From: Gemmatimonadaceae bacterium | GTDB lineage: Bacteria > Gemmatimonadota > Gemmatimonadetes > Gemmatimonadales > Gemmatimonadaceae | Direction: 5' to 3' | Assembly: GCA_051859245.1 (NCBI GenBank) | Contig: JBHYGA010000001.1 | Location: forward strand, 928,001-992,000 | DNA: 64,000 nt | Shown: one piece after another, positions 40,819-51,111 of the stretch | Position numbering within the stretch: the stretch's first letter is position 1 | Layout of the letters: every line of letters starts with the position of its first letter | Made by a program: the position numbers and the translations under genes | Notes under the pieces: model-generated | The model's database searches: none | Told to the model about the DNA's origin: nothing | Seen by the model: the letters and a program-made list of their open reading frames with translations, nothing else

Positions 40819-42038
40819 GTTCTCGTACACACGACGCGTTTATTGTTGACGGTGTTCGCACGCCGATTGGCAATATTGGTGGTGCGTTAAGCGCGGTGCG
40901 CGCTGATGATCTGGCGGCACACGTGATTCGCGTACTGGTTGCACGTTTCCCGTCGCTTGATCCGGCGCGCATTGCCGATGTCATACTCGGTTGCGCAAAC
41001 CAGGCGGGCGAAGACAATCGCAACGTGGCGCGCATGGCCGCATTGCTCGCTGGGCTGCCGGTGTCCGTGCCGGGTGAAACGGTCAATCGCCTGTGTGCGT
41101 CGGGATTGAGCGCGGTTGCGGGCGCCGCGCGTGCGATTCGATCCGGCGAGGGTGACGTGTATGTGGCAGGCGGCGTAGAGAGCATGACACGCGCGCCGTT
41201 TGTGATGTCGAAAGGCAGTACCGCCTTCGGGCGCGATGTGCAGCTCTTCGATACGAGCCTCGGCTGGCGCTTTGTCAATCCGCGCATGAAGGTACTCTAC
41301 GGCACCGATGCCATGGGTGAGACGGCGGAACACGTGGCCTCGCAGTTTGGCATCTCGCGCGACGATCAGGACGCGTTCGCGGTTCGTTCGCAGCAGAAAG
41401 CGGCCGCTGCGCGTTCGGCCGGTCGGTTTGCGCACGAAATTGCGCCCGTGGAAGTGCCGGCCAAGCGCGGCGCTGCGGTCAACGTTGCGGAGGACGAGTT
41501 CTTGCGTCCTGAAACCACGCTGGAAACACTGGCGAAACTTCGCCCGGCGTTTCGCACGGATGGTCAGGGCAGCGTGACCGCGGGCAACTCGTCTGGGCTG
41601 AATGACGGAGCGGCGGCGCTGTTGATCGCGTCTGGCGAGGCGCTGAAGGACATCGGATTGCAGCCGCGCGCGCGCATTGTTGCGGCGGCGGCCGCTGGCG
41701 TGGAACCGCGCATCATGGGCATTGGTCCGGTGCCGGCCACGCAGCTCGTATTGAAGCGCGCGGGGCTCACACTCGATGACATGGATGTGATTGAGCTCAA
41801 CGAGGCGTTTGCCGCCCAGTCACTCGCCTGCCTGCGCGAACTCGGTATGGCTGATGACGATCCGCGTGTGAATCCCAATGGCGGCGCAATCGCGCTCGGC
41901 CACCCGCTGGGTATGAGTGGCGCCAGGCTCGCGCTCACGGCCACGCGCGAGTTGCATGAACGCAGCGCACGCTTTGCGCTGTGCACGATGTGTATTGGCG
42001 TGGGGCAGGGCTACGCCGTGATTCTTGAGCGCGTGTAA
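40815..42038 (+). CDS. paaJ: 3-oxoadipyl-CoA thiolase
   Basis: GCANQAGEDNRNVARMA, NRLCASG, NEAFA, GHPLG and MCIGVGQG. Confidence 0.92.
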   Translation: MSSRTHDAFIVDGVRTPIGNIGGALSAVRADDLAAHVIRVLVARFPSLDPARIADVILGCANQAGEDNRNVARMAALLAGLPVSVPGETVNRLCASGLSAVAGAARAIRSGEGDVYVAGGVESMTRAPFVMSKGSTAFGRDVQLFDTSLGWRFVNPRMKVLYGTDAMGETAEHVASQFGISRDDQDAFAVRSQQKAAAARSAGRFAHEIAPVEVPAKRGAAVNVAEDEFLRPETTLETLAKLRPAFRTDGQGSVTAGNSSGLNDGAAALLIASGEALKDIGLQPRARIVAAAAAGVEPRIMGIGPVPATQLVLKRAGLTLDDMDVIELNEAFAAQSLACLRELGMADDDPRVNPNGGAIALGHPLGMSGARLALTATRELHERSARFALCTMCIGVGQGYAVILERV

Positions 42039-42043
42039 CCACC

Positions 42044-42637
42044 ATGATCTACGCGTTTGATGATTTCATTCCGGTGATTCACGAATCGGCATTCATACAT
42101 CCGCAGGCGGCCGTCACAGGCAACGTGATTATCGGCCGCGATGTGTACGTGGGACCAGGTGCCGCGATTCGTGGCGACTGGGGCGGTATTGTGATTGAAG
42201 ATGGGTGCAATGTGCAGGAGAACTGCACGATTCACATGTTTCCCGGTGTGACCGTGGTGCTTGAAGCTGGCGCGCACATCGGGCATGGCGCCGTGGTGCA
42301 TGGCGCGCGCATTGGTGCGAACACGCTGATTGGCATGAACGCGGTGATCATGGACAATGCCGCGATCGGACAGGGATGCATTGTGGGGGCGCTCACCTTC
42401 GTACCCGCCGATACGGACATCCCCGATCGCAAAGTGGTGGTGGGAAATCCGGCGCGCGTTGTGAAAGACGTGACTGACGAAATGCTCGCGTGGAAAACAG
42501 ACGGCACTGCGCTGTATCGGCAGTTGCCGGCCGCGATGCGCGAGAGCTGGCGCGTGGTGGAACCACTGCGCGACGTGCCCGCCAACAGGCCGACGCAGTC
42601 GAAAGTACTCAAGACCTGGAATCAAACGCGCGGTTGA
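42044..42637 (+). CDS. paaY: PaaY-like hexapeptide-repeat (gamma-carbonic anhydrase fold) protein
   Basis: FIHP.A, IRGDWG, NVQENC..H, IGHGA..HGA and WK..GT..Y..L; paa context. Confidence 0.85.
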   Translation: MIYAFDDFIPVIHESAFIHPQAAVTGNVIIGRDVYVGPGAAIRGDWGGIVIEDGCNVQENCTIHMFPGVTVVLEAGAHIGHGAVVHGARIGANTLIGMNAVIMDNAAIGQGCIVGALTFVPADTDIPDRKVVVGNPARVVKDVTDEMLAWKTDGTALYRQLPAAMRESWRVVEPLRDVPANRPTQSKVLKTWNQTRG

Positions 42638-42689
42638 GCCACGGCTCCCCGTATTCACCCGTGCAGCACGCACGAATCAACGGACTGTG

Positions 42690-44732
42690 ATGACCATGAA
42701 ACTCGGAAACTTCGCGCTCGGCCAATGGGTCGAAGGCACTGGCAAATCGGCCGATCTCATTCACGCGGTAACGGGTGAGAAAATCGGCGAAGCGTCAAGC
42801 GGCGGTCTCGATTTTGGCGCCATGGCGGACTACGCTCGTACCGTGGGCGGTCCATCCATGCGGCGGCTCACTTTCCATGAACGCGCCGCAATGCTCAAAG
42901 CCATGGCGCAGTATCTCATGGAGCGCAAAGAGCAGTTTTACGCGGTGTCTGCTGCAACGGGCGCCACACGCTCGGATAGTTGGGTTGATATCGAGGGTGG
43001 TATCGGCACGTTGTTCGCGTACTCGAGCCGCGGTCGTCGCGAGTTTCCCAACGAAACGTTTCACGTGGAAGGACCCGTTGAAGCGCTAAGCAAAGGTGGG
43101 TCATTTGTTGGGCGCCACATCTGCGTACCGCTCGAAGGCGTGGCTATGCACATCAACGCGTTCAACTTCCCGGTGTGGGGCATGCTGGAAAAGCTGGCGC
43201 CGGCGTTGCTCGCGGGAGTGCCGTGCATCGTGAAGCCTGCGACGGCCACGAGCTATCTCACCGAAATCGTGTTTCGCTCAATGGTGGAGGCCAATATTTT
43301 CCCCGCTGGCGCCATTCAGCTGATTTGCGGAAGTGCAGGCGATCTGCTGAGCCACGTGACCGAGCAGGATGTGGTGGCGTTCACCGGTTCAGCGGCCACT
43401 GGGCAAATGCTCAAAGCCGGCGACGCGATGATGCGTCACTCCGTGCGTTTCAACATGGAAGCGGACTCGCTGAACTGCACGATCCTTGGTCCGGATGCGG
43501 TGCCGGGCACCGAAGAGTTTGATCTGTTCATCAAGGAAGTCGTGCGCGAAATGACCACGAAGGCCGGTCAGAAGTGCACGGCGATCCGGCGCACGATTGT
43601 GCCGGAAGGCATGCAGGAAGATGTCGTGAAGGCACTGTCCGCACGTCTGGCAAAAACGGTCATTGGTGATCCGGCGGTGGACGGCGTTCGCATGGGGCCA
43701 CTGGCCACACATGGTCAGGTGCGCGACGTGGGCGCGGCGGCAGATCGCATTCGTTCGTCCTCCGAATTGGTGTTTGGCGGTGGCGATTTCGAAGTCGTGG
43801 GTGCCGATCGTGAGAAGGGTTCGTTCTTTGGCCCGCGATTACTGGTCTGCAGCAATCCGTTCGAGAGCGACGAGCCGCACGACATCGAGGCGTTTGGTCC
43901 GGTCAACACCGTCATGGCGTACAAGTCGCTCGAAGAAGCGGTGGCGCTCGCTCGTCGCGGTCGTGGTTCGTTGTGTGGTTCGCTGATCACACACGATCCC
44001 AACATCGCGCGTGATGTAATCCTTGGCGTGGCCCCATATCACGGCCGCCTGCTGGTGCTCGATCGCACCAGTGCCAAGGAAAGCACCGGACACGGCTCGC
44101 CGCTCCCGAACCTTGTGCACGGTGGCCCAGGGCGCGCGGGCGGTGGCGAAGAAATGGGTGGCGCGCGTGGAGTGCTGCATTACATGCAGCGTGCCGCGGT
44201 GCAGGGAAGCCCAAGCATGCTCACCGCGATCACGCGTGAATGGAGCAAGGGGGCCGATGCACACACGCACACCGTGCACCCGTTCCGCAAAACGTTCGAT
44301 GAACTGGAGATCGGCGACACACTCTCCACGGGTACGCGCACCATCACGCTCGACGATATTGTGAAGTTTGCCGAGCTCAGTGGTGACAAGTTTTACGCGC
44401 ACATGAATGATGAGGAGGCGCGTAGCAACGGCGTGTTTACCGGACGCGTTGCGCACGGCTACTTCATTGTCTCCGCAGCGGCTGGACTCTTCGTTGATCC
44501 GGAGCTCGGCCCGGTGTTGGCGAACTACGGTATGGAGAACCTGCGGTTCACCAAGCCCGTGTATCCGGGCGATACGATCCAGGTGCGTCTCACCGTGAAA
44601 CAGAAAACTGCCAAGATGCCGCGCGAGGGGGAGATCCCGCAGGGTGTGGTGGAGTGGGACGTCGAGGTCATCAATCAGGACGCCGAGCCGGTGGCCGTCT
44701 ATTCGATTCTGACGCTGGTGAGACGATCGTAG
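42690..44732 (+). CDS. paaZ: Bifunctional oxepin-CoA hydrolase / aldehyde dehydrogenase
   Basis: ALDH ([24 protein letters not shown]) fused to MaoC (SGD.FYAH, AHG, F.KPV.PGD). Confidence 0.96.
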   Translation: MTMKLGNFALGQWVEGTGKSADLIHAVTGEKIGEASSGGLDFGAMADYARTVGGPSMRRLTFHERAAMLKAMAQYLMERKEQFYAVSAATGATRSDSWVDIEGGIGTLFAYSSRGRREFPNETFHVEGPVEALSKGGSFVGRHICVPLEGVAMHINAFNFPVWGMLEKLAPALLAGVPCIVKPATATSYLTEIVFRSMVEANIFPAGAIQLICGSAGDLLSHVTEQDVVAFTGSAATGQMLKAGDAMMRHSVRFNMEADSLNCTILGPDAVPGTEEFDLFIKEVVREMTTKAGQKCTAIRRTIVPEGMQEDVVKALSARLAKTVIGDPAVDGVRMGPLATHGQVRDVGAAADRIRSSSELVFGGGDFEVVGADREKGSFFGPRLLVCSNPFESDEPHDIEAFGPVNTVMAYKSLEEAVALARRGRGSLCGSLITHDPNIARDVILGVAPYHGRLLVLDRTSAKESTGHGSPLPNLVHGGPGRAGGGEEMGGARGVLHYMQRAAVQGSPSMLTAITREWSKGADAHTHTVHPFRKTFDELEIGDTLSTGTRTITLDDIVKFAELSGDKFYAHMNDEEARSNGVFTGRVAHGYFIVSAAAGLFVDPELGPVLANYGMENLRFTKPVYPGDTIQVRLTVKQKTAKMPREGEIPQGVVEWDVEVINQDAEPVAVYSILTLVRRS

Positions 44733-44778
44733 ATCGTGTGCGGGCCGCACGCCATGCGCGGCGTGAGCGCTGTTTCTA

Positions 44779-44799
44779 TGCATAGATAGAATCTATGCA
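44779..44799. promoter_or_regulatory. LysR-type (T-N11-A) operator upstream of sbtA
   Basis: TGCATAGA-tagaa-TCTATGCA with perfect 8-bp arms in an AT-rich patch; the operon ends with a LysR/NhaR gene. Confidence 0.7.
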
Positions 44800-44899
44800 A
44801 TAACACGATACATTCACTTTGTGTATCGAACGGGTCTTCGTCAGTTTGCGGGTCACTCGGTGCGTCGGCGCCGCGTCCCGACCCGCTTCTGACTACCGC

Positions 44900-45883
44900 A
44901 TGCTCGAAACACTGCAAGCCAATCTGCTCTCACCCATTCCGCTCGCGTTCGCCCTCGGCGTCGCGGCGCGGTTGATGAAAAGCGAGTTCTCGCTTCCGCG
45001 GGATTTGTACGCGTCGCTCTCGATCTACCTTCTGTTCGCCCTGGGCCTGAAGGGCGGAGCCGAGTTGGCGCACGCGAGTTTTGATCGTATCGCCTGGCCA
45101 GCTGCAGTGACGCTGCTGCTCGGTTGTATCACCCCCATCACGTCGTTTCTAGTGCTGCGACGGATTGGTGGATTCAGCAGCGCCGATTCGGCCGGAATTG
45201 CGGCGCATTACGGCTCGGTGAGCGCGGTAACGTTCATTGCGGCGCAGCAGTTTCTCGTGCGCATCAACGAGCCGATGGAGGCATTCATGCCAACGCTGCT
45301 CACACTGCTCGAGAGTCCGGGCATTCATGTGGCGTTGGCTATTGGTGCGCTGCAACGAAACCGGTCGCAGCAGACAGACATCGACCATTCGAGTGGGGCC
45401 GTTCGCCAGGTGCTGCACGAAGTGCTCACTGGCCGCACGATGGTGCTGCTCGTGGGTGGTCTGATCGTGGGCTACTTCATGGGCGACAGTGGATGGAAAG
45501 CCGTGAGTCCGTTTTTTGACGGCGGCTTCAAGGGCGCGCTGATGTTGTTCCTGCTCGAGATGGGAATCGTTGCGGGCTCTCGTCTTGGTGATCTGAAAAA
45601 GGTGGGTTCCTTTCTGCTTGGCTTTGGCGTGCTGATGCCGTTGCTCCACGGATCCGCCGGCGTCCTGCTCGGACATTGGGCCGGCCTATCGGTTGGTGGT
45701 TGCACCGTGCTCGGCACCATGGCCGCCAGTGCCAGTTACATCGCCGCGCCACCTGCGGTTCGGCTCACGCTGCCCGAAGCCAATCCCACGTATTCATTGA
45801 CGGCGGCGCTGGCCATCACTTTCCCCTTCAACTTGCTCGCGGGCATTCCCGTGTACTACCGCATCGCACAATCACTGGCCTGA
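44900..45883 (+). CDS. sbtA: Sodium-dependent bicarbonate transporter family permease
   Basis: SIYLL.A.GLKGG, AAHYGSVSAVTF, LESP, LFLLEMG, ASASYIAAP and TFPFN. Confidence 0.92.
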   Translation: MLETLQANLLSPIPLAFALGVAARLMKSEFSLPRDLYASLSIYLLFALGLKGGAELAHASFDRIAWPAAVTLLLGCITPITSFLVLRRIGGFSSADSAGIAAHYGSVSAVTFIAAQQFLVRINEPMEAFMPTLLTLLESPGIHVALAIGALQRNRSQQTDIDHSSGAVRQVLHEVLTGRTMVLLVGGLIVGYFMGDSGWKAVSPFFDGGFKGALMLFLLEMGIVAGSRLGDLKKVGSFLLGFGVLMPLLHGSAGVLLGHWAGLSVGGCTVLGTMAASASYIAAPPAVRLTLPEANPTYSLTAALAITFPFNLLAGIPVYYRIAQSLA

Positions 45884-45893
45884 CGGAGCGCAC

Positions 45894-46214
45894 ATGCATA
45901 CGCATCCATTCAAGTTGGTTACGATCATTGCCGAGCCCGTGCTTGAACCACGCCTGACATCCGAGTTTCGTCAGCTGGGTGCAACAGGATGGACCATTGT
46001 TGAGGGGCGTGGCGAGGGCTCACGCGGCATTCACGCGGCGGAAATTCCTGGCATCAATATTCGTGTGGAAACGATTGTCACGGCCGCTGTCGCTGACAGA
46101 ATCGTCGCGCATCTCGCCCTGAATTACTTCGACGACTACGAAGTCATCGCTTTCGTGACGGACGTGGCCGTGGTTCGCGGCGACAAGTACACGTCGCGCG
46201 CTTCGGAGGTGTGA
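45894..46214 (+). CDS. sbtB: SbtB-like P-II family regulator
   Basis: KLVTIIAE..LE, GATGWT...RGEGSRG, NIRVET and V.VVR..KY; directly after sbtA. Confidence 0.88.
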   Translation: MHTHPFKLVTIIAEPVLEPRLTSEFRQLGATGWTIVEGRGEGSRGIHAAEIPGINIRVETIVTAAVADRIVAHLALNYFDDYEVIAFVTDVAVVRGDKYTSRASEV

Positions 46215-46215
46215 C

Positions 46216-46914
46216 ATGTGCAATTTCTCTGAAAGGACGATTTCGCGGCGTGAGTCACTCGCCTGTTTGGCGGGAGTCGCAGGAGTGGCCTCGGGGCTGC
46301 TGCGGCCGATGCAACTCTCCGCAGCAACGCCCGCCCGCGATACGCCGCAACAAGTGCTGGAATCCCTCTATCAGGGCAACGCACGATTCGTGGGCGGGCA
46401 AAGCGCGTCTCCGCATCGGAGCATGGGGCGTTTGCGGCAGGTCGCCGCAGAGCAGCGGCCGGTGGCTGCCTTTCTCGGGTGCGCGGACTCACGGGTGCCG
46501 GTGGAGATTGTGTTCGATCAGGGTTTTGGCGATGTGTTCGTCACACGAATTGCGGGGAATGTCGCCGATCCTGCCATTATCGGAAGTCTGGAGTTTGGCG
46601 TTGAGGTGTTGGGCGCAAAGGTGTTGTACGTGCTCGGACACTCTCGCTGCGGGGCGGTGTCTGCAACACTTACCGCTGGCGACGTGCCTGGGCAGATTTC
46701 CACGCTCTATCAGCACATTCGGCGCGCCGCAAAGGAATCCGGTGGCGATCTCACGCGTGCCATCCAGCGCAATGTTGAGATACAAGCGGAGATCCTCAGC
46801 GAAGCCTCGCCGGTCATTGCACGTCGCATTGCAGCGAAGCAGCTGATCATTGCGGGCGGCATATACGATCTTGAGTCCGGTCGCGTGCAACCCGTCGCAC
46901 TTCCTTCTGATTGA
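46216..46914 (+). CDS. Beta-class carbonic anhydrase with a putative Tat signal
   Basis: GNARFV, CADSRV, R.AGN, GHSRCGAV and YDL..G.V; N-terminal SRRESL followed by a hydrophobic stretch. Confidence 0.92.
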   Translation: MCNFSERTISRRESLACLAGVAGVASGLLRPMQLSAATPARDTPQQVLESLYQGNARFVGGQSASPHRSMGRLRQVAAEQRPVAAFLGCADSRVPVEIVFDQGFGDVFVTRIAGNVADPAIIGSLEFGVEVLGAKVLYVLGHSRCGAVSATLTAGDVPGQISTLYQHIRRAAKESGGDLTRAIQRNVEIQAEILSEASPVIARRIAAKQLIIAGGIYDLESGRVQPVALPSD

Positions 46915-46933
46915 TTTCCCCAGACTGCCTTAC

Positions 46934-47848
46934 ATGAGTACGCTTTCACTCAATACGCTCAACTATCAGCATTTGTATTACTTCTGGGTCATCGCGCGCG
47001 AAGGCAGTATTGCGCGTGCCAAGACGATCCTGAACTTGACGCAGCCCACGATCAGCACGCAGCTCAAGGTGCTTGAGCAGGCCATCGGATCCAATCTGTT
47101 CGAACGGCGCAGCCGATCGTTGATTCTGACGGAGACCGGGAATCTGGTCTATCGGTATGCCGACGAAATTTTTCGCACGGGCCGCGAACTCACGCAGGCG
47201 CTGGTGCGCGGCGATGCGGCGATGCCCACACGCCTGGTGGTGGGTATTTCGGATTCATTGCCCAAGCTCACCACGTGGCGTTTGTTGCAACCCGCCATGG
47301 CCATCACACCGCGATTCCGCCTGACCTGTCGCATCGACAAAACGGAACGCCTGGTGGCCGACCTTGCGGCGCACGCACTGGATGTGGTGCTCACCGATGC
47401 GCCGGTTTCACCGTCGTTTCCGGTGCGCACGTTCAATCACCTGCTGGGTGAGTGCGGTGTCACCGTGTTCGGAGAGGAGTCACTGGCGCGGCGCTTTCGT
47501 CGTGGCTTTCCGCGCTCGCTGAATGACGCGCCATTCATTTTGCAAACGGAAAACTGTGCGCTCCGCCAGAGCTTCGACGCGTGGTGTATCGCGCACGAAG
47601 TTCGACCGGCGATCGTGTGTGAAGTGGAAGATGTGGCGCTCTTGCAGGTATTTGGACAAGAAGGCATGGGACTGTTCGCCGCGCCAACGGTTGTCGAGAA
47701 CCAGATCCGCAAGCAGTACGGCGTGCGCATTGTGGGCCGACTCGACGAAGTGCGTGAGCGCTTCTATACGGTCAGTGTCGAACGCAAGCTCCTGCATCCC
47801 GGGGTGGTGGCGCTCACGGAGGCCGCGCGCACGCGACTGTTCCGATAG
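46934..47848 (+). CDS. nhaR: NhaR-like LysR-family transcriptional regulator
   Basis: LNYQHLYYFW..AREGSI..A...L.LTQPTIS.Q, YADEIF..G.E, GI.D.LPK and ERK..HP. Confidence 0.88.
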   Translation: MSTLSLNTLNYQHLYYFWVIAREGSIARAKTILNLTQPTISTQLKVLEQAIGSNLFERRSRSLILTETGNLVYRYADEIFRTGRELTQALVRGDAAMPTRLVVGISDSLPKLTTWRLLQPAMAITPRFRLTCRIDKTERLVADLAAHALDVVLTDAPVSPSFPVRTFNHLLGECGVTVFGEESLARRFRRGFPRSLNDAPFILQTENCALRQSFDAWCIAHEVRPAIVCEVEDVALLQVFGQEGMGLFAAPTVVENQIRKQYGVRIVGRLDEVRERFYTVSVERKLLHPGVVALTEAARTRLFR

Positions 47849-47983
47849 GGGGCGTTGGGGACCGGGAGACCGTCGCCGATGAAGTACTGGCTCTTTTGTA
47901 ACGGAGGGGTATCTTCGTCCGCTTCACCGGCACATTGATCCCACGGTGCCGCCGCTCGTCCCCCTCCCCGAAGGATCCGCCCC

Positions 47984-50900
47984 ATGAGAGATGTCGGTCT
48001 TCCGCGCACTGTCGCGCGCTGGTGCGCGTTGGCAGTGCTTCTCGTTACAGGTGGGAGTACAGCGCTTCGTGCCCAGACCAATGTCGGCACGATTACCGGC
48101 ACCGCGAGGGATTCCGCGTCTGGCCAGCCGGTGGCCGCGGTACAGGTCAACGTGGTGGGTACCACCAATGGTGGGCTCACCAACGCGGAGGGACAGTTCA
48201 CCATTCGCGGCGTGCCAGCCGGCCAGGTGACGCTTCGTGCGTTGCGCGTGGGATACTCGGAAACTCGGCAAACGGTCACCGTGGTTGCTGGCCAGACGGC
48301 AACGGCGAACCTCACGTTGCGCACCGTGCCCGTCAGTCTGAGTGCTGTCGTCAGCACGGCGACCGGCGATCGTCGCCGTGTGGAAGTTGGCAATGCAATC
48401 GCGCAGATCGATGCCGCCGAAGTCACGCAGACTCGCGCCGTTGCCAATGTGGCGGACCTGCTCACCTCGCGCGCGGCTGGTGTGATGGTGGTGCCTGGCA
48501 CGCAGACGGGCGCCGGTACTCGCGTTCGCGTGCGCGGCACAAGCTCTATCTCGCTGTCAAACAATCCCATCTACATCATTGACGGTATTCGCGTCACTGG
48601 TGCAACGGGCTCGTCCACGGTGAGTGTTGGCGGCACGACGCCAAGTCGCGTGAACGATATCAACCCTGAAGAAATCGAATCGATTGAAGTGGTGCGCGGT
48701 CCGTCTGCGTCGACGTTGTACGGAACCGATGCCGCCAACGGTGTGATCGTGATTACCACGAAGCGGGGTATCGCGGGCAAGCCGCAGTGGACGTACTACA
48801 CAGAGCAGACGGCACTGACGGATCGCAACTCGTATCCGGCCGCCTATCGCGCGTGGCGGACGGGAACCACCGGAACCACGAACTCCACGCCGGCGAACAC
48901 CGTCCAGTGTTTCCTCTCACAGCAGGCGTCTCGCGCCTGTGTTGCAGACAGCGTGACGAGCTTCAATCTGCACGAAGACTCCGAAACGACCCCATTTGGC
49001 ACTGGCTATCGCCAGCAGCACGGCATCCAGGTGAAAGGCGGCAGTGATGCGGTGCGGTATTTCATGCACGCCGAGTTCGAAGACGAAGACGGCGTCACGC
49101 AGGTTCCAGTCTTCGAGCGCAACTATTTGTCGGCGCGCAATCTCTCCTTGCTCCCGGAGCAGGAGAGTCCAAACCGACTGATTCGGAAGACATTCCGGGC
49201 GAACATGAACATCTCGCTCACGCAGAAGGCCGACATGACCGTGAGCACCGGTTTCACATCGCAGGACTTGCGACTGCCGCAAAGCGACGATTCCGGCACC
49301 TTTGGAATCGCGGCCAACACGTATGGTGGTCCGGGCCAGAAATACAACTTGTCGCCAACTGGCGATACGCTCTACGGTTGGAGACAGTTCACGCCGCGCG
49401 ACATTTTTCAGGCGCAAACGAATCAGGCGATTGAGCGCTTTACGTCTTCCATCGGTACAAACTACCGCGCGACTGACTGGCTTGCCATTCGAGGAACCGG
49501 CGGTCTCGACTTTACGCAGCGTACGGATACGCAGCTGTGCCGCTTCCAGAACTGCCCTGACATCGGCATCAACCGTCAGGGCTTCAAGACCGATAACCGC
49601 ACCAACTTCTACGTCTACACATTTGACGCGAACGCGACGGCCACCAAAGCCTTGTCGTCCGCGATTGAATCAAAGACATCCGTTGGTCTGCAGGTGATTC
49701 GCGACATCCTCGAGCGCAACGGCGCTACGGGCCAGACGCTGCCTCCGGGTGCGGTGACAGTATCGGCTGGTGCCACCAAGTTTGCCGACGAAGCCACCAC
49801 GGAAAGCCGCACGGTTGGTGGGTACATCGAACAGACACTGGCGTTCAATGATCGCCTCTTCGTGACGGGTGCAGTGCGCTCTGATCGCAACAGCGCGTTT
49901 GGTACAAACTTCAAGACGGTCTTCTACCCGAAGCTCGCGGTGTCGTGGGTTGCATCCGACGAAGCGTTCATGCGGGTGCCGAGCTGGATGGATCAGTTGC
50001 GCTTCCGCACCGCGTACGGTGCCTCTGGCGTGCAGCCGGGAAACCTTGACGGTGTGCCGTATTACTCTGTGACAACCGCGCTGGGAGAAAGTGGTGAGCT
50101 GCCTGCGGTTGTGTTCACCACGCTCGGCAACAGCAACCTGCGCCCGGAGCGCTCCACAGAACTTGAGCTCGGCGTTGACGCCACGCTCTTCGGCGGACGC
50201 ATCAACAGCGAACTCACGTACTACAACAAACTGTCCAAAGACGCGCTCATTTCGCGCGTACTGCCTCCCTCGCTCGGCACCGGAGCGACCGCTCGTCTTG
50301 AGAATCTCGGGTCGGTCCGAAACGCCGGATTTGAACTGCTGCTCAATGCACAGATCCTGCAACGTCAGGCGTTTGGATGGGATATCTCCGTGAACGGCTC
50401 GCACAACGACAACGAGCTGGAGAGTCTTGGCGGACAGCCCACCATTGGGGCCACGCAGCAGCAACGCGAAGGGTATCCACTCTCGGGCTGGTGGTCACGC
50501 GCGCTGACCGGCTTTGAGGACAAGAACGGCAACGGGATTATCGAGTACAACGCCAACGCGGCGCTCTCAGAAATCACGGTGACCGATACCTCGGTGTTCC
50601 TTGGTTACGCCATTCCGCGCACGGAACTCGCCTTCACGAACGGCATCGATCTGCTGAACCGACGCATTCGTGTGACGGCAATGATCGACTACAAGGGCGG
50701 GCACAAGGTCTACAACAATACGGAGCGCATTCGCTGCGCCAGCCGCTTCAATTGTCAGGCGCTTGTTGATCCCAACGCATCGCTTGAAGAGCAGGCGCGC
50801 GTGGTGATGGTGCGCGAACATCCGAGTCGGTCGGTTGCGGGCTACTTCGAGGACGGTGATTTTCTTCGTCTTCGCGAGCTGGCGATCACCTACCAGCTGC

Positions 50901-51097
50901 CCGAGGCGTGGGCGTCGCGGTTGTTCCGCGGACGCAGCATGACCGCCACGGCATCAGCGCGCAATCTCGGTATCCTCTGGACGAAGTACACGGGCGTGGA
51001 CCCCGAAGCATTCGGTACGACCGGTGATGCACCGTCGTCGTTTCAGGCGTTCGCTCCCCCCACGTATTTCGCGCTCCGCTTCAACTTCGGCTTCTGA
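47984..51097 (+). CDS. SusC/RagA-family TonB-dependent receptor
   Basis: Signal peptide, carboxypeptidase-regulatory-like N-domain, RVRGTSS, PIYIIDG, DINPEEIESIEVVRGPSASTLYG.DAANGVIVITTKRG and C-terminal Phe. Confidence 0.95.
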   Translation: MRDVGLPRTVARWCALAVLLVTGGSTALRAQTNVGTITGTARDSASGQPVAAVQVNVVGTTNGGLTNAEGQFTIRGVPAGQVTLRALRVGYSETRQTVTVVAGQTATANLTLRTVPVSLSAVVSTATGDRRRVEVGNAIAQIDAAEVTQTRAVANVADLLTSRAAGVMVVPGTQTGAGTRVRVRGTSSISLSNNPIYIIDGIRVTGATGSSTVSVGGTTPSRVNDINPEEIESIEVVRGPSASTLYGTDAANGVIVITTKRGIAGKPQWTYYTEQTALTDRNSYPAAYRAWRTGTTGTTNSTPANTVQCFLSQQASRACVADSVTSFNLHEDSETTPFGTGYRQQHGIQVKGGSDAVRYFMHAEFEDEDGVTQVPVFERNYLSARNLSLLPEQESPNRLIRKTFRANMNISLTQKADMTVSTGFTSQDLRLPQSDDSGTFGIAANTYGGPGQKYNLSPTGDTLYGWRQFTPRDIFQAQTNQAIERFTSSIGTNYRATDWLAIRGTGGLDFTQRTDTQLCRFQNCPDIGINRQGFKTDNRTNFYVYTFDANATATKALSSAIESKTSVGLQVIRDILERNGATGQTLPPGAVTVSAGATKFADEATTESRTVGGYIEQTLAFNDRLFVTGAVRSDRNSAFGTNFKTVFYPKLAVSWVASDEAFMRVPSWMDQLRFRTAYGASGVQPGNLDGVPYYSVTTALGESGELPAVVFTTLGNSNLRPERSTELELGVDATLFGGRINSELTYYNKLSKDALISRVLPPSLGTGATARLENLGSVRNAGFELLLNAQILQRQAFGWDISVNGSHNDNELESLGGQPTIGATQQQREGYPLSGWWSRALTGFEDKNGNGIIEYNANAALSEITVTDTSVFLGYAIPRTELAFTNGIDLLNRRIRVTAMIDYKGGHKVYNNTERIRCASRFNCQALVDPNASLEEQARVVMVREHPSRSVAGYFEDGDFLRLRELAITYQLPEAWASRLFRGRSMTATASARNLGILWTKYTGVDPEAFGTTGDAPSSFQAFAPPTYFALRFNFGF

Positions 51098-51111
51098 GGA
51101 GATCGATCCGC

